Below, piece after piece: positions 15,914 through 24,579 of a stretch of DNA of 64,000 nt. How positions within the stretch are numbered: position 1 is the first letter of the stretch; each line of letters opens with the position of its first letter. The stretch lies in assembly GCA_021372295.1 (NCBI GenBank), contig JAJFUS010000011.1:19442-83441 (forward strand), given 5' to 3'. Under the pieces are notes generated by a model that did not search any database, was not told the origin of the DNA, and was given only the letters and a program-made list of their open reading frames with translations. Origin of the DNA: a bacterium (GTDB lineage: Bacteria; Armatimonadota; UBA5829). A program made the position numbers and the translations under genes.

Positions 15914-18571
15914 TCAGCCCTTCTCTTCAATTGCGGCCTGAGCGGCAGCCAGTCTTGCGACCGGAATGCGCTTGGGCGAGCAGGACACGTAGTTCAAACC
16001 GATTCTGTGGCAGAACTTCACGCTGTCCGGCTCTCCGCCGTGCTCTCCGCAGATTCCGAGTTTGATCTTCGGATTCACGGCCTTAGCGTCCTCGACGCAA
16101 ATCTTCATCAAGCGGCCGATGCCCTTCTGGTCTATGGTTTCGGTAGGGTCGGTCTTGAAGATCTGCTTGTCAACGTAGATGGGTAGGAACTTGCCCGCGT
16201 CGTCGCGGCTGATGCCGTAACCCATCTGGGTGAGGTCGTTTGTGCCGAAGCTGAAGAACTCAGCTTCTTTGGCGATCTCGTCGGCGGTCAGAGCGGCGCG
16301 AGGAATTTCGATCATAGTGCCGATCTTGTAATCGACCTCAACACCCTCGGCCTTCATTGTATCCTCTGCAACCTTCTTGAGCTGGTTCTTAAGGTAAGTA
16401 AGCTCGTTTACGGTGCCGATGAGCGGGATCATGATCTCGGGATGCACGTCGAGACCAGCTTTCTTGGTCTCACATGCGGCTCCGATGATCGCGCCGACCT
16501 GCATATTCACGATTCCAGGGAAGTAGATCGACAATCTGCAGCCTCTGAGACCCAGCATAGGGTTCTGCTCGTGCATATCCACGACTTTGCCGAGGAGTTT
16601 TTCCTTTGCAGGAAGTTCCGGCGAGTTCGGGTTCTTGCAGCGAAGCTCGGTCACTTCGACAAGCAGTTCGCTCATGTTCGGCAGGAACTCATGCAGCGGC
16701 GGGTCGATCAGTCTGATTGTAACCGGCTTACCACCCATTGCCTTGAATATTCCAAGGAAATCCTTGCGCTGCAGAGGCAGGAGCTTGTCCAAAGCGCTCT
16801 GGCGAGTGGTTTCGTCTTCGGCCAAAATCATGTCGGCCACAAGCGGAGCTCGCTCAGAACCGAGGAACATGTGCTCAGTGCGGCACAGTCCGATGCCTTC
16901 GGCTCCGAGGGCAATCGCGTCAGCGGCATGCTCGGGAGTGTCGGCATTGGCTCGAACGCCGAGCTTGCGGACTTCATCCGCCCAGCCCATGAACGTGCCG
17001 AAGTCACCGGTAACGGTGGCAGGCTCGGTCTCGAGTTCCACGTTGTAGACCAGGCCCAGGGTTCCATCGATTGTGATGATATCGCCTTCTTTGAGCACGA
17101 TGTCTCCGACTGTGACGGTCTTCTTGACTTCGTCGATCTTGATGGCGCCGCATCCGCAGACTGTCGGGATGCCGTACTGGCGGGCGATTAGGGCGGCATG
17201 GCTGGTGCGTCCGCCGAGCTGAGTGAGAACGCCCTTCGATGCGAGCATTCCGCCGAGGTCGTCAGGGTTGGTTTCCTTGCGCACTAGGACGACTTTGTCA
17301 CCCTTGGCTGCCATTGCGATGGCGGCCTTGGAGTCCAGAGCGATCTTGCCGCTGGCTCCGCCCGGTCCGGCGTTGAGGCCCTTGGCGATTTCTTTCGCGC
17401 CCTTGGCGTTCTTGATGCGCGGGTGAAGGAGCTGCTCAAGAGCTTCCGGCGGGACTCTGGTCAGAGCCTCTTCCTTGCTGATGCGCTTCTCATTGACCAT
17501 ATCTACGGCGATCTTCACGGCCGCGACACCGGTGCGCTTGCCTGAGCGGCACTGCAGAATGAAGAGCCTGCCCTTTTCAATGGTGAACTCGATGTCCTGC
17601 ATGTCGCGATAATGGTCTTCGAGTTTCTGCGCAATGTCGGTGAACTGCTTGTAGATTGCGGGGAACTCGTTGGCAAGCTGCGAAATCTCTTCAGGAGTTC
17701 GCACGCCCGCGACGACGTCTTCGCCCTGCGCGTTCTTCAGGAACTCGCCGAAGAGCTTGTTCTCGCCGTTTGCGGCGTTACGGGTAAACGCTACGCCCGT
17801 GCCGCAGTCGTCGCCCATATTTCCGAAGACCATCGTCTGCACGTTGACGGCGGTTCCGAGGTCGTGGGAGATCTTCTCGCGGTTGCGGTAAATGATGGCT
17901 CTGTCGTTGTTCCAGCTCTTGAAGACCGCGACGATGGCCAGTTTGAGCTGCTCCATCGGGTCTGTGGGGAAATCTTTGCCCGTGACATCCTTATAGTAAA
18001 CTTTATACTGGGCAACCAGTTCCTTGAGGCCTTCGGCGTCGACTTCGGTATCGACCTTGGCGCCTTTCTTCTCTTTAAGGGCGTCGAAGATCACTTCAAA
18101 GTGATGCTTGGCAAGTTTGGGATAATCGCCCGAGAGAACGATGTCCGAGAACATCATAAGGAACCGGCGATACGCGTCATAAGCGAACCGCTCGTTGCCG
18201 TTGGCGGCGATGATGCCCTTGAGGGTGTTGTCGTTCAAACCCAGGTTCAGAACGGTGTCCATCATACCAGGCATGGAGAACTTCGCGCCTGAGCGAACCG
18301 ATACGAGCAGCGGGTTATTGGCGTCGCCCAGCTTCTTGCCCATGTCTTTTTCGACATCGGCCAGAGCGGCGAGCACGTCTTCCCACAGACCGTCGGGAAG
18401 TTTACCCAGCTTGGTGTAATCGTTGCAGGTCTCGGTGGTGATGGTAAATCCGGGCGGTACCGGCAGACCGATGTTGGTCATCTCCGCCAGGTTAGCGCCC
18501 TTGCCGCCGAGCAGGTCTTTCATAGTAGCGTTACCCTCGCGGAACAGGTACACGCGTTTCTTGTCAGACAT
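15914..18571 (-). CDS. ppdK: pyruvate, phosphate dikinase
   Basis: 885 aa. N-terminus KRVYLFREGNATMKDLLGGKGANLAEM, phospho-histidine loop GGRTSHAALIARQYGIP, C-terminal PEP-utilising domain ...GICGEHGG. Confidence 0.97.
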   Translation of the reverse strand: MSDKKRVYLFREGNATMKDLLGGKGANLAEMTNIGLPVPPGFTITTETCNDYTKLGKLPDGLWEDVLAALADVEKDMGKKLGDANNPLLVSVRSGAKFSMPGMMDTVLNLGLNDNTLKGIIAANGNERFAYDAYRRFLMMFSDIVLSGDYPKLAKHHFEVIFDALKEKKGAKVDTEVDAEGLKELVAQYKVYYKDVTGKDFPTDPMEQLKLAIVAVFKSWNNDRAIIYRNREKISHDLGTAVNVQTMVFGNMGDDCGTGVAFTRNAANGENKLFGEFLKNAQGEDVVAGVRTPEEISQLANEFPAIYKQFTDIAQKLEDHYRDMQDIEFTIEKGRLFILQCRSGKRTGVAAVKIAVDMVNEKRISKEEALTRVPPEALEQLLHPRIKNAKGAKEIAKGLNAGPGGASGKIALDSKAAIAMAAKGDKVVLVRKETNPDDLGGMLASKGVLTQLGGRTSHAALIARQYGIPTVCGCGAIKIDEVKKTVTVGDIVLKEGDIITIDGTLGLVYNVELETEPATVTGDFGTFMGWADEVRKLGVRANADTPEHAADAIALGAEGIGLCRTEHMFLGSERAPLVADMILAEDETTRQSALDKLLPLQRKDFLGIFKAMGGKPVTIRLIDPPLHEFLPNMSELLVEVTELRCKNPNSPELPAKEKLLGKVVDMHEQNPMLGLRGCRLSIYFPGIVNMQVGAIIGAACETKKAGLDVHPEIMIPLIGTVNELTYLKNQLKKVAEDTMKAEGVEVDYKIGTMIEIPRAALTADEIAKEAEFFSFGTNDLTQMGYGISRDDAGKFLPIYVDKQIFKTDPTETIDQKGIGRLMKICVEDAKAVNPKIKLGICGEHGGEPDSVKFCHRIGLNYVSCSPKRIPVARLAAAQAAIEEKG

Positions 18572-18698
18572 TCAGTAGTTCCTCCTATATATCCACATAC
18601 GTGTTGGTGTTGTACCAACCATGATAGTTACTCACAGCCTGGTTGTATTCCTTCTATTGAGAGAAATTCAACGAAGAATTTGCAGATTGCTATTTCGT

Positions 18699-18727
18699 TT
18701 GACCCCAAAGGAGTCGCATGTTATAAT
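18699..18727 (+). promoter_or_regulatory. candidate sigma-70 promoter of the GAF-PAS histidine kinase
   Basis: TTGACC, 17 nt, TATAAT. Implies a 5' UTR of about 150 nt. Confidence 0.55.
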
Positions 18728-18883
18728 GCAAATAGCCCAGCTTTACGTCTGGGTCCGATTTCAGCGATGCGGTGCGGCGTAAAGTCGCGCCATTTTATTT
18801 GACGCCCGATCACGTGCGTGGCGGCGACAGGTATGAAGCTCTTTGCTCTCTGCTCTCCGCTTTTTTCGAGGAGGTAATAGATT

Positions 18884-20686
18884 TTGAACGCCGATCCGAA
18901 CACCCTGCAAGCGCGGCTTGATGAGCTTGAAAGGCAGCTGAAGGAGAAAGACGTAGCCGTCGGCGCGCTCGAACAGGCAAATAAGCGTCTTGAAGACCGT
19001 CTCAAGGAAAACGAGCAGAGCGCGTCCGGCCCGACTCCCCTCACCGAACTCGAAGAAACCCTCAAACGTCTCGTCACAAGGATCAGCATGATCCTGCAGG
19101 CCGAGAAGTGCGTGTTTATGCTCTTCGACCAGGACTCCGGCGAACTGCAGGCCGCAAAGCCAGCCGTCGGCCTCACCGACGAGCAAATTAAGATTTTTAA
19201 AGTTCCCGCCACCGAAGGCGTGGCCGGAGAAGTGTTCAGGGATCAGAAACCCATTATCCTCTACGATGCAGTCAACGACCCGCGCACCGTCAAGGAAAAC
19301 GTCGGCGTACTTGGGATCACTAATGGCGTGTGCGTGCCGCTTGTGATCGAGAAGCGCGACGAGGACACCAACAAAGTCACCGAGCGCAAGGTCATCGGTG
19401 TCATGCATGTCTTCAACAAGCGTTACGGCAACGTATTTATTCAGGAAGACGTAAACCTTCTCGACAGGCTCTCCCGCAATGCCGCTTCGGTTATCGCCAG
19501 CGCGCAGATGTATCGCGAGGTAGTCAAAGAGAAAGAAGAACTCGAGCACGTAATCGAGAGCGTCTACGCTGGAATCATCATGGTTCATAACAGCGGCAGG
19601 CTCATGCAGGTGAACCCGTCCGCCCGGGATATGCTGGGAGTCGATCAGGACGCCAAGCTGATAGGCGACTATCGCGACGCCATCGAAAATGATGTCGTGC
19701 GCGAAGTCATATCGAAGGCTTTCCAGGAAACTTCCGAAGTCCAGGAAGAAATATCTCTGCCGGACTTCAAAAGCGATGAAGAGGGCGCCGAGCGCTTCTT
19801 CCAGGTTCAAACGGCGGCCGTCAAGAGTGAGGATCAGGCAAACATCGGCATAGTCGCCATTTTTAACGATATCACCGACATACGCGCGATCGAACGAATG
19901 AAGACCGCGTTTGTTTCCACCGTCTCGCACGAACTCAGGACGCCGCTCACTTCGATCAAAGGCTTTATATCGACTCTTCTTCAGGATACCGAAGGATTTT
20001 ACGACGCAGATACCATTCACGAGTTCTATACGATCATCGACCAGGAATGCGACCGACTCACCCGCCTCATCAGCGACCTCCTGAACGTTTCCAGGATCGA
20101 AGCCGGGCGCGCGCTTGATCTCAATCCTGTGCCGGTCAACCCCAAAGAAGCAGCCGAGAGAGTGGTTGCCGTGCAGAGATCGTACACCACCAAGCATCAG
20201 ATCGAGTTGGACGTCGATGAAGATATGCCGATGATAGTTGCCGATGAGGACAAGTTCGTCCAGATTCTTACAAACCTCACCAACAACGCCATCAAGTATT
20301 CGCCAAACGGCGGAACCGTTACTGTGAGGGGCAGAAAGCTCGATGGCATGATCCGAATGTCCGTCGACGACCAGGGCATGGGCATACCGAAGGAGCACCT
20401 TTCCAAGGTGTTCGACAGATTTCACCGCATCGACAACCGCGACACGCGGAAAGTCGGCGGAACGGGGATTGGCCTTTATCTGGTGAAGCATTTCGTGGAA
20501 GCTCACGGCGGACGAATTTGGGTCGAGAGCGAAGTTGGAGTAGGTTCGCAGTTCATATTTGAAGTGCCGCTTTGCCCGCCTCAGTTTGTGGAAGAAATGA
20601 AAGCCGAGGGAATTACCGGCCAGCAAAGCAACCAGCCCGGTATGCGCCCGACTGATTTGGAAGAGCAGGCACCCGCTGTAAGTTAA
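18884..20686 (+). CDS. cytoplasmic sensor histidine kinase (coiled coil, GAF, PAS, HisKA, HATPase)
   Basis: H-box FVSTVSHELRTPLTSIKGF and the N/G1/G2 boxes (NLTNNAIKY, DQGMGI, GGTGIGL). No TM segment. TTG start 9 nt after GAGGAGG. Confidence 0.9.
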   Translation: MNADPNTLQARLDELERQLKEKDVAVGALEQANKRLEDRLKENEQSASGPTPLTELEETLKRLVTRISMILQAEKCVFMLFDQDSGELQAAKPAVGLTDEQIKIFKVPATEGVAGEVFRDQKPIILYDAVNDPRTVKENVGVLGITNGVCVPLVIEKRDEDTNKVTERKVIGVMHVFNKRYGNVFIQEDVNLLDRLSRNAASVIASAQMYREVVKEKEELEHVIESVYAGIIMVHNSGRLMQVNPSARDMLGVDQDAKLIGDYRDAIENDVVREVISKAFQETSEVQEEISLPDFKSDEEGAERFFQVQTAAVKSEDQANIGIVAIFNDITDIRAIERMKTAFVSTVSHELRTPLTSIKGFISTLLQDTEGFYDADTIHEFYTIIDQECDRLTRLISDLLNVSRIEAGRALDLNPVPVNPKEAAERVVAVQRSYTTKHQIELDVDEDMPMIVADEDKFVQILTNLTNNAIKYSPNGGTVTVRGRKLDGMIRMSVDDQGMGIPKEHLSKVFDRFHRIDNRDTRKVGGTGIGLYLVKHFVEAHGGRIWVESEVGVGSQFIFEVPLCPPQFVEEMKAEGITGQQSNQPGMRPTDLEEQAPAVS

Positions 20687-20706
20687 TAAGTTCAGATTGG
20701 GGGATA

Positions 20707-20911
20707 ATCTGAGGGTTTCACCCTCAGATTCCTGACCAAGAGCTCTGCCCTTGGATCTCGCCAGGAGCCGATTGGCCTCTGGACCCCCGTATCGAACTTA
20801 ATAATCGCCTTGAGGGGATTATTAAGTTCGGGTCAGAAGGTCAAGGAAACCTGGTTTCCTTGCAGAGTCCAGAGACAGAGTCTCTGGCGGGGTTTGGGGC
20901 GGAGTCCCAAA
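20707..20911 (+). repeat. seven-hairpin mosaic repeat, copy 3 (full)
   Basis: Starts 21 nt after the kinase stop (20686). M4 at 20793-20830, with one mismatch. Confidence 0.9.
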
Positions 20912-20936
20912 TCTTCCCCTTTTTGGAGATTATTAA

Positions 20937-22157
20937 TTGGACAATACAGCCGATTTGAAAAAGAGCCTTTCGATGGGACTGCAAGATGCGCTGGACGCTC
21001 AACTGGTTCCGGGCGAAAGCATCATTATATCGCTGCCGGGAAGTTTCGGCGAGGCGTTTGCGGTCTCGGACAAGCGCGTTTTCGTGATAAGGGACTGCGA
21101 CTCTGCGTCTAATGCCGCGTGTAGAGTGTTCGGGTACGCGCTCCCCGGCGTGAAAAGCGCGCAGGTTGCGTCGTCGGGGACTGGCGGTTATATTGAGCTC
21201 AAGCTCTCGACTCCGCCGGCTGACCCCGAAGAGGCCCGCGTCTATTTCCCTTCGTATGATATAGGCCCGTTTGAGTCTGCAGCGAGTTATGTCACAAAAA
21301 TCTCTTCTCCGCAGGCGGTTCCATCTGCGCCAACTGCTCCGTCAGCCGTATCCTCCGGGGACCGCTGCCCCAAATGTGGCGCGCCAATCGAAGAGTATTC
21401 GGTATTTTGTGGAAACTGTGGCGAACATCTCAGGCAGATATGCGGTGTGTGCTCGTCGTCATCGCCCGTGGGCGCGAAGCACTGCATTCACTGCGGTCGT
21501 GAGATTGCTGCGTTCAACCCGAATTGTCCGAAGTGCGGAGCTCGCGTTCTGAAATGGATGAGATACTGCACAGACTGCGGATCGGTGCTGGAGCAGGTAT
21601 GCGTGGCATGCGGAATGGCGATTCAGCTCGACTGGAAGCATTGCGCCAACTGCGGCCGTCTTCTGGGTTCGGACAGGCTCGACCCACGCGCCGCGATGGC
21701 CGCTCAGCGCAGGCTTCAAGAGATGCGCGATACTGATGTCGAGCGAACGCGTCCCGTCGAACCCGCCGTTCAGCCCGAACCTCAGGCGACGAGCATGGTC
21801 GCGGAAGACTACAACAAGCGCGGCCTCAAGTTCTTTGAAGACGGCGAACTGGAGAAAGCCGTGCGCGAGTTCAAAATGGCCGTCGATCTTGAGCCGGGCA
21901 ACAAATCTTACCACTGCAACCTTGCCGTCGCTTATGATGAAAACGACGAAGACGAAATGGCGTTTGCCGAGTACTTCAAGACTCTCGAGATCGACCCCAA
22001 TGACCTGACAGCGCTGCTCTCGCTCGGTTATATGTACAACGAGCGCGATGAGCAGAATAAGGCCCAGGAGGTCTGGAACAAAGTCCTCTCAATTGCTCCT
22101 GACAGCGCCGAGGCGCAGGAAGTCCGCGAGAACCTCAGGCACCAGGATCAACTGTAA
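20937..22157 (+). CDS. multi-zinc-ribbon / TPR repeat protein
   Basis: Five or more CxxC...CxxC ribbons (CPKCGAPI..CGNCG; CGVC..CIHCG; CPKCGA..CTDCG; CVACG..CANCG), then TPR repeats. The start could be TTG 20937 or ATG 20973. Confidence 0.75.
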   Translation: MDNTADLKKSLSMGLQDALDAQLVPGESIIISLPGSFGEAFAVSDKRVFVIRDCDSASNAACRVFGYALPGVKSAQVASSGTGGYIELKLSTPPADPEEARVYFPSYDIGPFESAASYVTKISSPQAVPSAPTAPSAVSSGDRCPKCGAPIEEYSVFCGNCGEHLRQICGVCSSSSPVGAKHCIHCGREIAAFNPNCPKCGARVLKWMRYCTDCGSVLEQVCVACGMAIQLDWKHCANCGRLLGSDRLDPRAAMAAQRRLQEMRDTDVERTRPVEPAVQPEPQATSMVAEDYNKRGLKFFEDGELEKAVREFKMAVDLEPGNKSYHCNLAVAYDENDEDEMAFAEYFKTLEIDPNDLTALLSLGYMYNERDEQNKAQEVWNKVLSIAPDSAEAQEVRENLRHQDQL

Positions 22158-22176
22158 ATATCCCGTCATCGCGACA

Positions 22177-22210
22177 AGAGCTGTAGCGGACGCTGCAGCT
22201 CTTCTTTTTT
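22177..22210 (+). terminator. intrinsic terminator after the zinc-ribbon/TPR gene
   Basis: AGAGCTGTAGCG-GA-CGCTGCAGCTCT stem with one G.U pair, followed by TCTTTTTT. Confidence 0.75.
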
Positions 22211-22394
22211 CAACCTTCGCAAACCGGTATTCCTCTCAGCACGACCTCTCTTCCTTACAAGGCATAACTGATATGTAAGCAACTACCGACAATAGCAAAC
22301 CCGCCGAAAGGCGGGGACGCAAAGCCATCGGGACTAACCCGGGTAGCGTGAGCGGGGTCGGATGAGTCCGATCAGTTGCCCGCACCGGTATGTC

Positions 22395-22605
22395 AGCCGA
22401 GCCGCCGAAGTAGGAGTTGCTGGCGATCAGACACTGCCGGCGAGTACAAGTCGTCCGGTATGTCCCGGGTTCGTCGCAAGGGCGCAGAGTATGTGTAGTA
22501 CTGCGGAGGGGCGATGTGCGCGGGTCGCGGGCCTGGAATTCGCGGGCCCGGGAGCGCGGCGGTTTCTGATCACCGGCAATTCAGTTCGGCGGCTCGGCTT
22601 TTTTG
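22395..22605 (+). ncRNA. candidate structured RNA or leader (unclassified)
   Basis: AGCCGAGCCGCCGAA (22395-22409) is the exact reverse complement of TTCGGCGGCTCGGCT (22585-22599) and is followed by a T6 run. A nested 15-bp helix pairs 22417-22431 with 22565-22579. The interior is GC-rich with several local hairpins. No credible ORF. Confidence 0.4.
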
Positions 22606-22630
22606 TGCCGCCCGTCCTGGAGGCAATAAA

Positions 22631-22825
22631 ATGATGATCCCTGAAGCGAAGCAATATCTTGGAAGAAACGTAAGCGTCACTTTCCGCGACCGTCATGGTG
22701 ACTTGCATACGAAGACTCTGCATGTGCACGACGTTTCGTTCGTCCCGATGTACGGCGGGTGCATTGTGGGTGACATAGACGATATTTGGCTGGACAGGGT
22801 TACCAGCATCAGCGCCGTCGACTGA
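22631..22825 (+). CDS. small hypothetical protein (64 aa)
   Basis: ATG at 22631 lies 7 nt after GGAGG. MMIPEAKQYLGRNVSVTFRDRHGDLHTKTLHVHDVSF... The longer track ORF from 22514 runs through the structured non-coding region. Confidence 0.5.
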   Translation: MMIPEAKQYLGRNVSVTFRDRHGDLHTKTLHVHDVSFVPMYGGCIVGDIDDIWLDRVTSISAVD

Positions 22826-22953
22826 TGGCCATCCTTGATTGTATATATTTGTTGCGTCCGAAGGGAAGAGAGATTTTGAATTTGCCGGGGAGGTGAATGC
22901 GAAGTTCGTCTGAACCGAAAAAACTTAATAACGGAAAACTTAATAGCGACCTC

Positions 22954-22998
22954 CGGCCCGGCCTATCTACGGGAGAACTGCCAATACAGGCCGGGCCG
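22954..22998 (-). terminator. long-stem hairpin downstream of the 67-aa gene
   Basis: CGGCCCGGCCT pairs with AGGCCGGGCCG (11 bp, 23-nt loop). Lies 22 nt after the stop at 23020, with T-rich sequence following on the minus strand. Confidence 0.4.
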
Positions 22999-23019
22999 AA
23001 CCTTGTACCAAGTCCAGCC

Positions 23020-23223
23020 CTAAGCCGCTTTGCTTTTGTGACTGCGTGTAAAAAGCCGGAGCTGGCTACAGTCTATGCTCTCGCACAACTCCTGCGGCTG
23101 CCAGCCTTTGACTATTAGAGCACACTTCGCCCCATTAGTGTACGGACAGTAAAAATCGGCGCTTTCCTCACAGCCAAACAGAAGATCGTCATCGGTCAAA
23201 TCATCCATCCATTCCGGGTCCAT
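23020..23223 (-). CDS. small acidic Cys-containing hypothetical protein (67 aa)
   Basis: ATG 6 nt after GAGGAGG. A long-stem hairpin follows the stop. No family recognised. Confidence 0.5.
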   Translation of the reverse strand: MDPEWMDDLTDDDLLFGCEESADFYCPYTNGAKCALIVKGWQPQELCESIDCSQLRLFTRSHKSKAA

Positions 23224-23323
23224 GGCGAACCTCCTCGATCAATGTCAATTAGAAGTTGGAAATTCTATACTGCATTTTCGGCAGATGACTTGCCGGAGTT
23301 CAGGGGCAAATTTGAGTGTCGAT

Positions 23324-23355
23324 GCAAATAAAGAACCCCGCCGCAAGCGGCGGGG
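23324..23355 (-). terminator. intrinsic terminator
   Basis: Minus strand: CCCCGCCGC-TT-GCGGCGGGG followed by TTCTTTATTT. Lies 43 nt after the stop at 23398. Confidence 0.7.
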
Positions 23356-23397
23356 AACCAAACTTAACAGCAGAATCTGAGAATGTAGGACTCAACC

Positions 23398-24369
23398 TTA
23401 CAAGATCGTAATACCAAGGTCGGCAAGCCAGTAGTCTTCGGTGGTTATACCTCTGAGCCTTACAGCGCCCCGATTGCCCCCGAAACGCAGTTCGCCCGTG
23501 TACGCGGGTTCACTAATTACGCCAAGAGAACCGAAATCAGTGCGGTATTCCGGAATATAGCCCACCGACAGTGAAAATCTCTTAAACGGTCGTAGCGTGA
23601 TGCCATATTCCATGCCCTTCAGCAAAACTGTTCCCGATTCAATGTTCGACGGTTCCTTATAATCGATGCCATCCAAGCGATCGACAAGTGTGTTCCACCT
23701 CTCGTCGTCGCCGCGGGCTTCGTTCCATCGATACCCTGTATAGACAGCGAAGCCATGCACCAGGTCTATTCTGAGACGGCCGCTGAGGCTCTTAATGAGC
23801 TGGTCGGCGTCAAGACCGTTGCCGCTGTTGCTGTCGACATTGCCCACGCAGGTCACTCCGCCGTCGGCCTCCAACGTAATCCCTTTGTAGAGAGTCACGG
23901 AGCGTTCGTAGCCGAGGCCGAATGCGCCGTATCCGACTGTCTGGCCTGCTGCGTAATAGTAGAGTTTGAGATCCTGGTCAGAAGGCGGTTTGTAGGATGG
24001 AGCCGCTCTTACGGGAGCGATTTGCGGGCTCGAGCTTGGAGCAACGCCCGCGTTCATGGAACTTACGTAAACCTTCTTGCCCGCGGTAACGGCAACGGCA
24101 TCCATCGTGAAGTAAAGCGAACCCGTCACCTCATAAGGCGGGTAGTCGCCGCTGCATCTCTGAGCTATTGCCAGACCCGCCACGGAATCGCCGTCGTCTC
24201 TGAGAATTGACATCAGAGACCTCGGGTAGACCGGAACAGGGAAACTGGCTACTATAACGTCGTTGTTGACTTGCGTGACTTGACCGATGACGCGTTCGGC
24301 AAAAACCGGCTGGCAGAATGCTGCACATACGAAGATTAGACATATTGCAGTCGTGACGCTACGGCGCAT
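23398..24369 (-). CDS. secreted protein, possible C-terminal outer-membrane beta-barrel
   Basis: ATG 24369 follows GGGAGGAAATCACC. Signal peptide MRRSVTTAICLIFVCAAFCQPVFA. A P/S-rich linker is followed by alternating-hydrophobicity strands. An intrinsic terminator lies downstream. Confidence 0.7.
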   Translation of the reverse strand: MRRSVTTAICLIFVCAAFCQPVFAERVIGQVTQVNNDVIVASFPVPVYPRSLMSILRDDGDSVAGLAIAQRCSGDYPPYEVTGSLYFTMDAVAVTAGKKVYVSSMNAGVAPSSSPQIAPVRAAPSYKPPSDQDLKLYYYAAGQTVGYGAFGLGYERSVTLYKGITLEADGGVTCVGNVDSNSGNGLDADQLIKSLSGRLRIDLVHGFAVYTGYRWNEARGDDERWNTLVDRLDGIDYKEPSNIESGTVLLKGMEYGITLRPFKRFSLSVGYIPEYRTDFGSLGVISEPAYTGELRFGGNRGAVRLRGITTEDYWLADLGITIL

Positions 24370-24449
24370 GGTGATTTCCTCCCTAGCTTTTTGTGCGCCC
24401 ACGGTTCGCCCGACGACCTGACCCCGGCGTTTGACTTTTTCCCGCAGCG

Positions 24450-24579
24450 CCTAGGGACTAAACCCTTTGTGCCTGCAAACACTCTTGAAACCAGGTTCTC
24501 TTGACTTTCCGACCCGAACTTAATTATCTCCTTAAGAGGATGATTAACTTTGATGGGAGTCTGAGGGCGAAACCCTCAA
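24450..24579 (-). repeat. seven-hairpin mosaic repeat, copy 4 (degenerate, lacks M2-M3)
   Basis: M1 (TCTGAGGGCGAAACCCTCAAG) at the high-coordinate end, a decayed M4 (24515-24552), and decayed M5-M7. The left boundary is approximate. Confidence 0.7.

Noticed and set aside
18761-20626. 621-aa ORF on the minus strand, antisense to the histidine kinase
   Set aside because: It fully overlaps a gene with clear HisKA/HATPase motifs. Its translation is low-complexity and matches no motif. It has no RBS. Long stop-free antisense frames are expected from codon bias in GC-rich genes.
22395-22605. Assigning the structured region to a named RNA (6S, RNase P, tmRNA, SRP, known riboswitch)
   Set aside because: None of the signatures I know is present: the GAGGAAAGUCCGGGC-type RNase P motif, the tmRNA tag/acceptor, the SRP GGAA/AGCA loops. 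6S cannot be called from secondary-structure outline alone. It is left unclassified.
22362-22729. ORFs 22362-22634 (+), 22427-22729 (-) and the long form 22514-22825 (+) across the structured intergenic region
   Set aside because: They have Arg/Gly/Ala/Pro-rich nonsense composition typical of GC-rich non-coding DNA and no RBS. The region is better explained by the nested helices. Only the last 64 codons (from ATG 22631, with GGAGG) look coding.
22920-22945. Direct repeat AAAACTTAATA x2, resembling the ACTTAATAAT core of M4 hairpins in repeat copies 3 and 4
   Set aside because: Only an A/T-rich match of about 10 nt, with no flanking modules of the mosaic repeat. This may be a coincidence of low-complexity sequence.
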